Shown piece after piece: positions 10,001 through 20,072 of a stretch of 64,000 nucleotides of DNA. The notes below the pieces were generated by a model. The model saw only the letters and a program-made list of their open reading frames with translations, was not told the origin of the DNA and ran no database searches. Position 1 is the stretch's first letter. Each line of letters opens with the position of its first letter. Source of the DNA: Candidatus Alectryobacillus sp. (GTDB lineage Bacteria > Bacillota_I > Bacilli_A > RFN20 > CAG-826). The DNA lies in NCBI GenBank assembly GCA_036735985.1, contig DAINNH010000002.1, positions 1,095 to 65,094 on the forward strand, written 5' to 3'. A program made the position numbers and the translations under genes.

Positions 10001-12766
10001 TTATTTTTTAATTATTTTTGGTATATCTAGTTTTAAAATTGAGTTTTTTAAAATATGAGATGAATAAAAATATACTGCTATAGAAAATAAAAATAACGGA
10101 AAAACCCACGATATATTCGCACTTATAAGTAATCTTGTTGAAAATTGATCAGATACTATTTTATTAATTAACAAAGAAATTAAGAAACCGAAAATAATTG
10201 ATGAAATAAATGCAAAAAATATTATGTAAAAGATATTTCTCTTAAATGGCTTATCTAAAACATTTATTGGAAAGCCTAAATAAAAAAGATTCCCTAAATC
10301 AGAAACATTGCTTAAAACTAAACTTTTAAGGATGATAAAAACTAAAATAATCGTGATTATTGAACTTAAAAATGCAAAAACAATCATTAGTATTTCAACA
10401 AAATTTAATGTTTCTTTCATATCATTATTTAAGCTTAAATATGGTGAAGAAAATTCATATTCTTTGAATGATCTTTTTAAAAGTGATAAAGAATTTTTAA
10501 CATTATCATTATCTTTTAAACGAATTATAAGCCTTTTAATGTTTAATTTATTAAAATCCATTTTAAAAAAATGTTGAAATAACACGACCGAATAATACTC
10601 ATCACCATAAATTATTGGATTATTATTTTCTTCAATTATTTTCCCAACGTTAAAGCTTAGAATATCAAATTTTGGTATTAATTTATTGTTTTGCGTTTGA
10701 TAATCAGAAACATAAGAAAAATAAATCTTTTTACCTAATCCATTTCCTCCAAATATTTTATTGTTAATAAAACTTGAAATTATCAAAGAATCATAATCTT
10801 CTTTTAAAGAATTCATGTTTTCATATATTTTAATCTTTAGTGGCTTGTTTGTCTCAATTGATATGCCACCCGCAATTATTTGAGAAGAATTAATTTTCAT
10901 CAAATTGTTAGTACCATTTTTTTCATACAGTTCATTAAAATAATTGATTTTTGCAAGGTTATTTGAAATAAAAGCTGGATTAACAAATCCGCTTGTGAAT
11001 TGATTACCTAAAGTTAAATATCCACCAAAACTTGAAAAATAGTAACTTTTAAATACACTTTTATCTAATGTGTTTATTAATTGGGTCTTAAAACCAATTG
11101 TAGTTTTTTGATATATAGCTGTTTCAAAAATTCTTAAACCTTTTATATTTATATAGTTTTTCCTATAATAATTGTCATTCGTTTCATTTAAATAATAATT
11201 CGACAATAAAGGATCCTTATATGTCAATTTGAGAAACTCAATAAGAGATTTTTCATTAAAATATTCAAGAACTGCAACCTTTTTTAATATCCATGGAACT
11301 TTATCATCCTCACTATATATTGTCGATTGTAATTGAAACTCATTCTCAAATAAGATTTTATTAAACAATTTGTTTGAATGATAAATAAATGACTTGTTTT
11401 CCTTAACAAAGCCTTTTAAAGTGAACATAAATTCGTTGTCGTATCCCCATTTTGAGTTATTGATATTTAATGAAATATTAACGATATTATTTTTCAAATA
11501 GTTAAAAAGGCTATTCTCATTTCTCTCAATTTTTAGTCCAAAACAAATTTCAAATATTTGTTTATCATTTAATGACATAATAATTTCGTTATTGGCCAAA
11601 TCTTTATTAATTACATATTTCGAATCAGCTATTAAATCAGTACTTAGAAATTCATTAAAAGAACGCATATCAAAACCTGGAATAACTACACTTTCTAGTG
11701 TTTTAACAACCCTAACATCATTTAAATCTGAAAACATATTTTCAAAATCATTATTATAAATATATTTATAACCACTAACTAAAGCACTAAATTTATCACA
11801 TATTTGTAAAATATTTGCTTCTTCTAAAGAATCATATCGATAAATTTGATTATCATTTAATCCTTTTTGTTTAACAATAACTTCGTTCGTATCAAAAAAA
11901 TTACTAAAAGCCCCATTAAGGGCATCAGATATGTTACTTTTTATAACACCAACGCAAGCAAAAGAAACAAATGAAATAGAAAACACAACAGAAATAACAA
12001 AATTTCTAAATCGATGTTTCTTATTAATGCTTTTTCCATAAATATTCAAAAATTTCTTATTTAAAACATTGGGCTTTAAATATATTTTATTTTCTTTTTC
12101 ACCAATCTTCGTAATTTCGTTTTTTACTATTTTGCCATCCTTAAGAAAAATATATTGAGTTGAATATTTTTTCGCCAATTCTTGATCGTGAGTTACAACA
12201 ATCACTAAAGATTTCTCACTTAATTCATTTAAAATATCCATGACTTTAATAGAATTTGAACTATCTAAATTTCCAGTTGGTTCATCTGCTAAAATTATTT
12301 TTTTATTTTCAAGAATACATCTAGCAAGGCACAATCTTTGCTTTTCACCTGAACTTAAAAACTTTGTTTTCGTATTTTTAACATTTTGCAAATCCACATT
12401 ATTTAGGACTTTATTTACCATATTTTCGGTTTTTTCTTGCGAAAAATATTGAGGAATTGCACAAAATAAATTACTTTCTGCGGACATTTCCGAAAAAACA
12501 ATAGGTTTTTGCGAAATATATGAAATTATGCTATTTCTATACTCACAAGCATCTTCAACATTCATTGATTTTAATCTCTTTGAATTTATGAAAACATCTC
12601 CGGCATATTCTAAATCTAGCCCACTTAAGATATTTAATAATGTTGTTTTTCCACATCCTGACTCGCCACAAATAAAAAATAATCCTGTACTTGGAAACAT
12701 GAGATCAATTATATCTAAAGAAAAATCTTTATTAAAAGATTTATGTAAATTCTTAATTTTTATCAT
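10001..12766 (-). CDS. Fused ABC transporter (MacB-like): N-terminal ATPase, large extracytoplasmic domain, C-terminal FtsX-like permease
   Basis: Walker A GESGCGKTT and signature LSSGEKQR. One transmembrane helix near residue 250, then about 500 aa predicted outside the membrane, then three hydrophobic helices at the C-terminus. The ATG overlaps the upstream gene's TGA (ATGA). Confidence 0.8.
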   Translation of the reverse strand: MIKIKNLHKSFNKDFSLDIIDLMFPSTGLFFICGESGCGKTTLLNILSGLDLEYAGDVFINSKRLKSMNVEDACEYRNSIISYISQKPIVFSEMSAESNLFCAIPQYFSQEKTENMVNKVLNNVDLQNVKNTKTKFLSSGEKQRLCLARCILENKKIILADEPTGNLDSSNSIKVMDILNELSEKSLVIVVTHDQELAKKYSTQYIFLKDGKIVKNEITKIGEKENKIYLKPNVLNKKFLNIYGKSINKKHRFRNFVISVVFSISFVSFACVGVIKSNISDALNGAFSNFFDTNEVIVKQKGLNDNQIYRYDSLEEANILQICDKFSALVSGYKYIYNNDFENMFSDLNDVRVVKTLESVVIPGFDMRSFNEFLSTDLIADSKYVINKDLANNEIIMSLNDKQIFEICFGLKIERNENSLFNYLKNNIVNISLNINNSKWGYDNEFMFTLKGFVKENKSFIYHSNKLFNKILFENEFQLQSTIYSEDDKVPWILKKVAVLEYFNEKSLIEFLKLTYKDPLLSNYYLNETNDNYYRKNYINIKGLRIFETAIYQKTTIGFKTQLINTLDKSVFKSYYFSSFGGYLTLGNQFTSGFVNPAFISNNLAKINYFNELYEKNGTNNLMKINSSQIIAGGISIETNKPLKIKIYENMNSLKEDYDSLIISSFINNKIFGGNGLGKKIYFSYVSDYQTQNNKLIPKFDILSFNVGKIIEENNNPIIYGDEYYSVVLFQHFFKMDFNKLNIKRLIIRLKDNDNVKNSLSLLKRSFKEYEFSSPYLSLNNDMKETLNFVEILMIVFAFLSSIITIILVFIILKSLVLSNVSDLGNLFYLGFPINVLDKPFKRNIFYIIFFAFISSIIFGFLISLLINKIVSDQFSTRLLISANISWVFPLFLFSIAVYFYSSHILKNSILKLDIPKIIKK

Positions 12767-14736
12767 AAGGAGTTCAACTCCTTTTTAATATCAAGGCGCC
12801 TAATATTTACTAAAGGAATTTTAATAATCAAAAATATTAAAACAAATAAAGCAATCCCCAATAGTGAATAAAAACTAAAATTATCCATAAAAGGGCTATT
12901 TAAACCTAAATTAATATTTAAATATAGATACTTAATTAAAAGTTTATCCGTTGCTTTTAAAAGAACACTACTTATGCCTAAACTCGATATAACGGAAAAC
13001 ACATAAATCATGAACAAATTAATTATTTTAATATTTCCATATTCAGCTGGACTCATCCCTAAAAATCTATATATTGCAATTCTCTTTTTTTCTTTTTGTA
13101 TACTCTCAAATGTTTTAAAACTAATAATTAAAAATAAACCAATAAACGATAATCCTATAAGAAGTAGAAAATATAATATAAATGAATCAAGAGCCTCACA
13201 AATTACTTTAATTGTTTTATAATTGTTATTATTTATCTTTAGAGCCGTTTTATTTATGTTTTTATCATTATATTGATCTAATTCTTTTTGTTTCTCTATG
13301 TTATTTGAAAAACATATCAATGAATATGATGTAATTGGGTCATTATTATCACATTCCCATAAATATTGATAAAGGGAGATATCAAATTCTTTCTTTTTAG
13401 AATAATTTTCCAGAATTTTATTTTGGAAGATATTTTTAATTAAACTATAAGGATAATATATGCGTGGAGTAGCTAGAATTAAAAATTCTTTATATAAATT
13501 TAATTGAATATTAATATTAAAATTTATTTCATCATTAATAATTTCAGAATCGATTATGTTTTCTGTTTTTATATTAAAAGCTAGTTCTAAGTTATCACTA
13601 CTATAGACATTTCTAAATGCTTCATTTATATAAAATTCATTGTTTTTTGAATCATAGGGCACAAACGAAACCGTTTCATAATTATCAATATTCATATTCA
13701 AATAATTGCTTAATATATAATCAAAATTAACATCAATAATGCAGCCATTTAATATCATGGCATTTTCTATATCAAAAAGACTTGGTCTCGATAAAGAATA
13801 TCTATCAATTCCATTATAAGAAGAAACAAGCGTTTCATTCGATATTAACGAAACATTATTATCTTTAAATGTATATGGCACTATATATAATAAATTAGAT
13901 GAAATACTATAAATTGATAACGTAGAAAATAATAATATAAATGAGAAAATTAAACAAAATGTAATAAGAATATATGACTTTAAATTACGTTTAAAATCTT
14001 TATTTAAAAATGGAAGAAATTTTAGGCTTTTATTAATTTCTTCATGTACATTATTATTTTCTAAATTAGGGACATCAATATTAACGATTTTTCCATCCCT
14101 TAATTCAATGACACCATCAGCATATTGTGCAACTAGTTTAATATTATGAGAAACAACGACTACAAGTTTTGTTTTACTAATATGTTTCAACTCTTCAAAA
14201 ACAAAAATAGAATTAGTTTCGTCTAATGAACCTGTCGGTTCATCGCAAAATAAAGTTTCAAATGGCTTTGATAGAGCTCTAATTAATGATACTCTTTGAG
14301 ATTCTCCTCCCGAAATATTAAGGCAATTTTTTGTTTTTTGTGAAAGTAGATTAAACTTTTTAAAATTATCTTCTAAATCAGCTTTTCCTATTTTTTTATT
14401 ACTGCCAGAAATCAATAAGGCATCAATGCAATTATCGAAAACACTATCTTCAAGATTTAAATTGTTATTTTGAAACAATATTGAGACAGAATTCTTAATA
14501 TATTTAGAAATTTTTGAAGAATTTTTAGATAATTTTGTACCATTAAAATAAATTGAACCTGAATACTGTGTGTCTATGCCCTCTAAAATGTTGATTAATG
14601 TTGTTTTTCCTGAACCAGATTTTCCAATAATAAAAATTAACCCACAATCAGGCAAATCAAAATTTAAATTTTCTAATAATTTAAATTCCCTCTTCTTGTT
14701 TTTAATTACCTTTGAGAGATTTTCGATTATATACAA
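12763..14736 (-). CDS. Fused ABC transporter (MacB-like), paralog of the gene at 10001-12766
   Basis: Walker A GKSGSGKTT and signature ISGGESQR, with the same domain order. It appears to start with TTG immediately after the terminator T-run. Confidence 0.75.
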   Translation of the reverse strand: MYIIENLSKVIKNKKREFKLLENLNFDLPDCGLIFIIGKSGSGKTTLINILEGIDTQYSGSIYFNGTKLSKNSSKISKYIKNSVSILFQNNNLNLEDSVFDNCIDALLISGSNKKIGKADLEDNFKKFNLLSQKTKNCLNISGGESQRVSLIRALSKPFETLFCDEPTGSLDETNSIFVFEELKHISKTKLVVVVSHNIKLVAQYADGVIELRDGKIVNIDVPNLENNNVHEEINKSLKFLPFLNKDFKRNLKSYILITFCLIFSFILLFSTLSIYSISSNLLYIVPYTFKDNNVSLISNETLVSSYNGIDRYSLSRPSLFDIENAMILNGCIIDVNFDYILSNYLNMNIDNYETVSFVPYDSKNNEFYINEAFRNVYSSDNLELAFNIKTENIIDSEIINDEINFNINIQLNLYKEFLILATPRIYYPYSLIKNIFQNKILENYSKKKEFDISLYQYLWECDNNDPITSYSLICFSNNIEKQKELDQYNDKNINKTALKINNNNYKTIKVICEALDSFILYFLLLIGLSFIGLFLIISFKTFESIQKEKKRIAIYRFLGMSPAEYGNIKIINLFMIYVFSVISSLGISSVLLKATDKLLIKYLYLNINLGLNSPFMDNFSFYSLLGIALFVLIFLIIKIPLVNIRRLDIKKELNSL

Positions 14737-14740
14737 AAAA

Positions 14741-14768
14741 ATACCTCCACTAAATAAGTGGAGGTTTA
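14741..14768 (-). terminator. Terminator hairpin (CCTCCACT-TATTT-AGTGGAGG plus T7) after the DUF951/fhs unit. Its 3' arm doubles as the ribosome-binding site of the following ABC gene.
   Basis: 8-bp GC-rich stem and T-run on the minus strand. Confidence 0.65.
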
Positions 14769-14774
14769 TTAAAT

Positions 14775-15008
14775 TTATTTCGGAACTTTCGTAATAAAAA
14801 TTGATTCTGGCGTTGGAACAATTTTACGTAATTTTTGTTCAAATGTTTCGCGTGGCATCATAATATAATTTCCACAGCCTAAACATCTAAGACGAATATC
14901 TGCCCCGATCCTAACTATTTGAAACAATTTGGAACGTTTGTCGCAGGGATGTTCCTTTTTCATTTCAACACAATCAAATAAATTATAAGAAATATTACTC
15001 ATTTTCAT
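14775..15008 (-). CDS. Small zinc-ribbon protein, DUF951-like
   Basis: 77 aa. Pattern VEMKKEHPC...RIGADIRLRCLGCG...MPRETFEQKLRK recalls the DUF951 (B. subtilis YyzM-like) family. Confidence 0.4.
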   Translation of the reverse strand: MKMSNISYNLFDCVEMKKEHPCDKRSKLFQIVRIGADIRLRCLGCGNYIMMPRETFEQKLRKIVPTPESIFITKVPK

Positions 15009-16605
15009 CTTCCATTTTTATAGCTTGTGGAACTTTTGGCAAGCCAGGCATTGTAAGAACGCTTCCTAAATATGCAACAATAAATCCAGCGCCATTCGAC
15101 AAGTTAACATCTTTTACTACAACCGTGAAATCTCTCGGCGTATTTAATAATTTTGGATTATCAGAAAAAGAGTTCGGAGTTTTAGCGAGACAAACTGGCC
15201 AGTCTCCTTTACCCATTTTAGTATATAATTCCAATTTTTCTTTAGCTATATCAAGAAATTGAACATCTTTAGCACGATAAATTTCTTTGCAAATCTTCGT
15301 TATTTTATCTATAAGAGGCATTTCTAGAGAATAAAGATAAGTGAATCTTGAAGTTTTTGTTTCCAAGACTTCAACAACTTTATTTGCCAAATCAACAGCT
15401 CCTTCGCCACCTTTAATAAATCCATCAAGAAACGAAACCATGTAATGATTTTCAATACACCAGTTTCTAAGCCACTCAACTTCACTAGGAGAATCGCTTT
15501 CAAAATGATTTATTGCAATAACAAATGGGACATTAAACTTCTTTAAATTCTCTGCATGTTGAGCAAGATTAGCAACCCCAATTTTTAAAGCTTCAACATT
15601 TTCTTTCTCAAGTTCTTCAAACAAAACACCACCATGCAATTTTAATGCACGAATAGTTGCAACTAAAACTATTGCATCTGGTTTTAATGAAGCAACTCTA
15701 CATTTAATATCCATAAACTTTTCAGCACCAAGATCAGCACCAAAACCAGCTTCAGTAACGACAATTTCACCTAATTTTAATCCCATTTTAGTTGCAATAA
15801 TTGAATTACAGCCATGGGCAATGTTTGCAAATGGTCCACCATGAACGATGCATGGATTTCCCTCTAAAGTTTGAACAAGATTTGGAGAAAGAGCATATTT
15901 CATAAGTTTCATAATGGCATTAGTAATTCTTAAATCTTTAATATAAATAGGCTTTTTGTCATAAGTATAAGCAACAAGAATACGGCCAACTCTTTCTTTA
16001 AAATCTTCTTCATCTTTTGCTAAACATAAAACAGCCATAAGTTCGCTAGCAACAGTAATTTGAAAAGATTCTTTACGTTCTACACCATTCTTCTCGCCTT
16101 GAGCAATAGTAACTTCTCTTAAAGCACGATCATTCATATCAAGAGATCTTTTCCACACTATATTATTTGGATCAATTTGTAACTCATTTCCTTGGAAAAT
16201 ATGATTATCAATAATAGCACTAATTAAATTAATACTTGATGTCAAAGCATGCATATCACCAGTAAAGTGTAAATTAATATCATCAGCCGGGACAATAATA
16301 GATTTTCCACCGCCAATTGCTCCACCTTTTAGACCAAAAACTGGACCCAAAGATGGTTCGCGTAAAACAACAATAGCCTTTTTGCCAACTCTATTTAAGC
16401 CATTACACAACGCAATACTCGTTGTTGTTTTCCCTTCACCAGCTTTTGTTGGAGTGATAGCGGTGACTAAAACCAATTTACCATTTTTTCTATTTTCGAT
16501 TTGTTTATAATATTCCAATTGAATTTTAGCTTTGTCATAGCCATAAGGAATAAGTTCATCCTCTGGTATTCCTAATTTTTTAGCAATATCAAAAATTTTT
16601 TCCAT
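14995..16605 (-). CDS. fhs: Formate--tetrahydrofolate ligase
   Basis: PTKAGEGKTTTSIAL P-loop and overall collinearity with Fhs. The start is taken at MEKIFD (16605), which has GGAGGA 9 nt upstream. Confidence 0.95.
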   Translation of the reverse strand: MEKIFDIAKKLGIPEDELIPYGYDKAKIQLEYYKQIENRKNGKLVLVTAITPTKAGEGKTTTSIALCNGLNRVGKKAIVVLREPSLGPVFGLKGGAIGGGKSIIVPADDINLHFTGDMHALTSSINLISAIIDNHIFQGNELQIDPNNIVWKRSLDMNDRALREVTIAQGEKNGVERKESFQITVASELMAVLCLAKDEEDFKERVGRILVAYTYDKKPIYIKDLRITNAIMKLMKYALSPNLVQTLEGNPCIVHGGPFANIAHGCNSIIATKMGLKLGEIVVTEAGFGADLGAEKFMDIKCRVASLKPDAIVLVATIRALKLHGGVLFEELEKENVEALKIGVANLAQHAENLKKFNVPFVIAINHFESDSPSEVEWLRNWCIENHYMVSFLDGFIKGGEGAVDLANKVVEVLETKTSRFTYLYSLEMPLIDKITKICKEIYRAKDVQFLDIAKEKLELYTKMGKGDWPVCLAKTPNSFSDNPKLLNTPRDFTVVVKDVNLSNGAGFIVAYLGSVLTMPGLPKVPQAIKMEDENE

Positions 16606-16699
16606 ATCGTAATATCCTCCAACCACATTAAAAATATTTTATAACATTAAAGTTTTAAATTAAATAAGCAGCAAAGAAATATATTAATAAGCATTAAGT

Positions 16700-17560
16700 T
16701 CACTTAATGCTTTTTAAAGCGTTCTCTAAACTCTCAAACCATTTAACGTTTTCAAATTGATGCAAGAAAAATGTTAATTGTCGTTTAGCATAATGACGAG
16801 TATTTTGTTTAATAAGTTCTTTAGTTTCCTCAGGCGTTAAATTGAGAAGGAACTCTTTATATCCTATGGCTTGAAAAGCCTGCAGATCCTTATTAAATGA
16901 ACTAAATAATTCTTTTACCTCAGATTGGAGACCTTTTTCAAACATTTCATCAACACGTTTAGAAATGTTTTCGTATAATAAATCACGTGGTGGATTTAAT
17001 CCAATTATTTTAACATCATAAATCATTTTATGAGTTTGACTGGCCTCAATTGAAGACTTTGTTTCTTTAGTTTTATCGTAAATTTCCAAAGCACGAATAA
17101 TTCTTTTACGATTATTAACATGTATTTTTTGAGCACTAATTTCATCTATCGATAGTAATTGGTTATATAACTCTTCATTTGTAAAATTAGCATATTTTTT
17201 CTCATCTAAAACATCTTTTTCTTTTGCAAAACTATAGTCATAAATTACAGATCTCAAATAAAGACCAGAACCTCCGACTAAAACAATATTTTTACCTTCC
17301 TTAATGAATTTATCAATTAAATAACGACAAGCTTTTTGAAATAAATAGATGTTAAACTCGTCTTTAACTGAAACAACATTAAAAAGATGACATTTAACTT
17401 CTTCCATTTCTTTTTGAGTTGGTTTAGCAGTTCCAATATTTAATTCTTTATAAACTTGGAACGCATCAAAATTAATTATTTCAGCATTTATTTTTTTAGC
17501 AAGAGCAACGGCTAAAGAAGTTTTTCCACTACAAGTTGGTCCAACGATTGCGTAAATCAT
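16700..17560 (-). CDS. miaA: tRNA dimethylallyltransferase
   Basis: AIVGPTCSGKTSLAVALA P-loop and MiaA fold motifs. Confidence 0.9.
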   Translation of the reverse strand: MIYAIVGPTCSGKTSLAVALAKKINAEIINFDAFQVYKELNIGTAKPTQKEMEEVKCHLFNVVSVKDEFNIYLFQKACRYLIDKFIKEGKNIVLVGGSGLYLRSVIYDYSFAKEKDVLDEKKYANFTNEELYNQLLSIDEISAQKIHVNNRKRIIRALEIYDKTKETKSSIEASQTHKMIYDVKIIGLNPPRDLLYENISKRVDEMFEKGLQSEVKELFSSFNKDLQAFQAIGYKEFLLNLTPEETKELIKQNTRHYAKRQLTFFLHQFENVKWFESLENALKSIK

Positions 17561-17862
17561 AAACAAACTATCTCCTTTATACCATCTATTATTAAAATAA
17601 CTTCTTTCTTTAGATATTCGTAATTATGAATTAATGGATGTTCATTATAAAGTTTGCAATATCTTAAATACTCATTATGGTTGTTTGCATCTGAACTATT
17701 TTGAACATCAATTTGCTGATAGTACTTTCTATTTTTAATAATATTCTGCAATTCATCGTTATTTTTAATTTCGTTAACCACTTTAAAATATTCTTTAACA
17801 ACTGGTAAAGACATAAGATCGCTTCTAATTAAATTAATTTGCGAAGCAATTTCTTTATTCAT
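17557..17862 (-). CDS. Small helical protein, probably YmcA/YlbF (UPF0342) family, a Y-complex component
   Basis: 101 aa immediately downstream of miaB, the same position as B. subtilis ymcA after ymcB(miaB). Only weak pattern similarity. Confidence 0.4.
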   Translation of the reverse strand: MNKEIASQINLIRSDLMSLPVVKEYFKVVNEIKNNDELQNIIKNRKYYQQIDVQNSSDANNHNEYLRYCKLYNEHPLIHNYEYLKKEVILIIDGIKEIVCL

Positions 17863-19297
17863 CCACTAGTTCTCCTATCAAAGAATAAGTATGAGATTCG
17901 AGTATCCTAACTTTAACTAGCTTGCCTATTAAAGAAACAGAACCTCTAAAATTAATGACTTTATTGCACTCATTATAACCTGTTAAAAATTCATCCGATT
18001 TTTTAGATATATTGTCCACAAGGACTTCATAAATCTTTCCAATCATGTTTTTGGACTTTTTTTCAATAATTTCTTCGTTAACTTTTTGAAGTTCTCTAAA
18101 TCTTTTCGACTTTTCTTCATAAGTTACATTATCAATCATTTTAGCCGCAGGTGTCCCAACACGCGGAGAATAGATAAATGCAAAAACATTGTCATAGCCA
18201 ACTTCTTTACATAAGGAAACGGTATTCAAAAATTGTTCATATGTTTCGTTAGGAAATCCAACAATTAAGTCCGTTGAAAAAGCAACATCTGGAATTTTTT
18301 CCTTAATGTAATTAATTAATTCTAAATATTTTTTGCGATCGTAATGACGATTCATTTCTTTTAAAATTTCATCATCACCTGATTGAACAGGTAGGTGAAT
18401 AAATTTCATAATATTATCATATTTGGCTATAACATCAACCATTTCATACGAAAAATCAGCTGGATGAGAAGTCGTAAAACGCAATCTCTTAATGTTGGTT
18501 TTAGCAACATCTTCCAATAAGTTCGCGAAAGTATAATCACTGTATAAGTCCTTGCCGTAAGAATTTACGTTTTGACCTAATAAAGTTACTTCAATATAAC
18601 CTTGTTCAATAAGACATTCAACTTCTTTAATAATGTCTTCTTTTTTACGTGATCTTTCTTCACCACGAACATATGGAACAATGCAATAAGTACAAAACTT
18701 ATTACAACCATACATAATATTTACAAAAGCCTTATGCGAATCTAGACGATGAGATGGGCTTGAAAGCTCAAAAACATCACCTGAATCTGATTTAACATCG
18801 ACGATGCGTTCTGAATTCTTAAGTTTTTCTTCTAATAAACTTAAAAATTCATTGATATTGTGAGTGCCAAAAATAATATCGACCTGTTTATAAGTTTCAA
18901 CCATTGTATTAACAATGTGTGGTTGCTCAACCATACATCCACCAACACAAATAATTAAATCTTTTCGTTTTTCTTTTAATAATTTTAAACTACCAATTTC
19001 GCCAAAAACTTTATCTTCAGCATTTTCGCGAACGCAACAAGTTAAAATAATTATCACATCCGCTTCTTCAGGAGTTTCGACTTTTTGCATATAGCATGTA
19101 TCAAGCATGCCACTAATAGTTTCCTCATCACGTACATTTGCCTGACAACCATATGTACGGAAAAAATATTTTTTATCTTTTAAAGCATTAATTAAAAAAC
19201 TGGATGGGGTAACATCTTGATAAATAATATTTGATTTTCTTTGACGTGAACGCCCCTCTTTTAATGAAGGTAGGGACTTAACAATTAATTTTCCCAT
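17855..19297 (-). CDS. miaB: tRNA-2-methylthio-N6-dimethylallyladenosine synthase (radical SAM)
   Basis: UPF0004 region YGCQANVRDEE, radical SAM CxxxCxxC (CNKFCTYC), and a TRAM C-terminus. Confidence 0.9.
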   Translation of the reverse strand: MGKLIVKSLPSLKEGRSRQRKSNIIYQDVTPSSFLINALKDKKYFFRTYGCQANVRDEETISGMLDTCYMQKVETPEEADVIIILTCCVRENAEDKVFGEIGSLKLLKEKRKDLIICVGGCMVEQPHIVNTMVETYKQVDIIFGTHNINEFLSLLEEKLKNSERIVDVKSDSGDVFELSSPSHRLDSHKAFVNIMYGCNKFCTYCIVPYVRGEERSRKKEDIIKEVECLIEQGYIEVTLLGQNVNSYGKDLYSDYTFANLLEDVAKTNIKRLRFTTSHPADFSYEMVDVIAKYDNIMKFIHLPVQSGDDEILKEMNRHYDRKKYLELINYIKEKIPDVAFSTDLIVGFPNETYEQFLNTVSLCKEVGYDNVFAFIYSPRVGTPAAKMIDNVTYEEKSKRFRELQKVNEEIIEKKSKNMIGKIYEVLVDNISKKSDEFLTGYNECNKVINFRGSVSLIGKLVKVRILESHTYSLIGELVDE

Positions 19298-20072
19298 AGG
19301 TATCTATCCTAATTTTCTTTATATTAATTACTTTATTTGTTTCATCATTAATATCTAAAATAACTCCATTAAAAATATAATCACCATCTTTAAGGAGATT
19401 AAAACGACTTTCTTTTCCATATATTGTACGATCAATAACTGAATTTAGTTCAAATCCTAAAACACCGATACTAGATCCACAAAAACCAACATCACTTATA
19501 TAAGCTGTCCCGTTTGGCAAAAGACGTTCATCATTTGTTTGAACATGAGTATGAGTACCTAAAATAGCTGTAATTTTGCCATCAAAAACATAACCTATAG
19601 CTTGTTTTTCACCAGTTGCTTCACCATGTAAATCAACAATATGAATATCCGATTTATCTTCCTTAATTAATTCAATTAACGTTTGATAAGGGGCGGAAAC
19701 ATCTTTATTCATAAAAGCAGTACATAAAATATTTGTTACTCGTATTTTTTTGCCGTTACAATCAAAAACCTTGCTGCCTTCACCAGGAAACGAGTGTATA
19801 AGATTAAGTGGTCGGATTAGCCTATCGCTATCTACAATAAAATCTTCAATTTCACTCTTAGAATCATAATGATTGCCTAGAGTGATGGCATTAACACCAA
19901 GATCCACTAGAAAATCATAATGTTTCTTTATAATCCCTTTACCATGAGAAATATTTTCACCATTACAAATAGTGAAATCAATATTTTCTCGTATTTTTAA
20001 GTCTGGAAGAACGGCCGCAACAGCATTGCGACCGACTTCTCCGACAACATCACCAATAAACAAAATTTTCAT
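19278..20072 (-). CDS. ymdB: YmdB-like metallophosphoesterase (2',3'-cNMP phosphodiesterase)
   Basis: MKILFIGDVVG...GNH and the TIGR00282 pattern. The position after rny is the same as in B. subtilis. Confidence 0.85.
   Translation of the reverse strand: MKILFIGDVVGEVGRNAVAAVLPDLKIRENIDFTICNGENISHGKGIIKKHYDFLVDLGVNAITLGNHYDSKSEIEDFIVDSDRLIRPLNLIHSFPGEGSKVFDCNGKKIRVTNILCTAFMNKDVSAPYQTLIELIKEDKSDIHIVDLHGEATGEKQAIGYVFDGKITAILGTHTHVQTNDERLLPNGTAYISDVGFCGSSIGVLGFELNSVIDRTIYGKESRFNLLKDGDYIFNGVILDINDETNKVINIKKIRIDTYGKINC

Noticed and set aside
16606-16712. ZTP (pfl) riboswitch upstream of fhs
   Set aside because: The fhs leader is only about 90 nt, extremely AT-rich, and lacks the GC-rich conserved ZTP pseudoknot motifs. 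The only structure there is a hairpin (AAGCATTAAG-n5-CTTAATGCTT) overlapping the miaA stop, more likely a weak miaA terminator.
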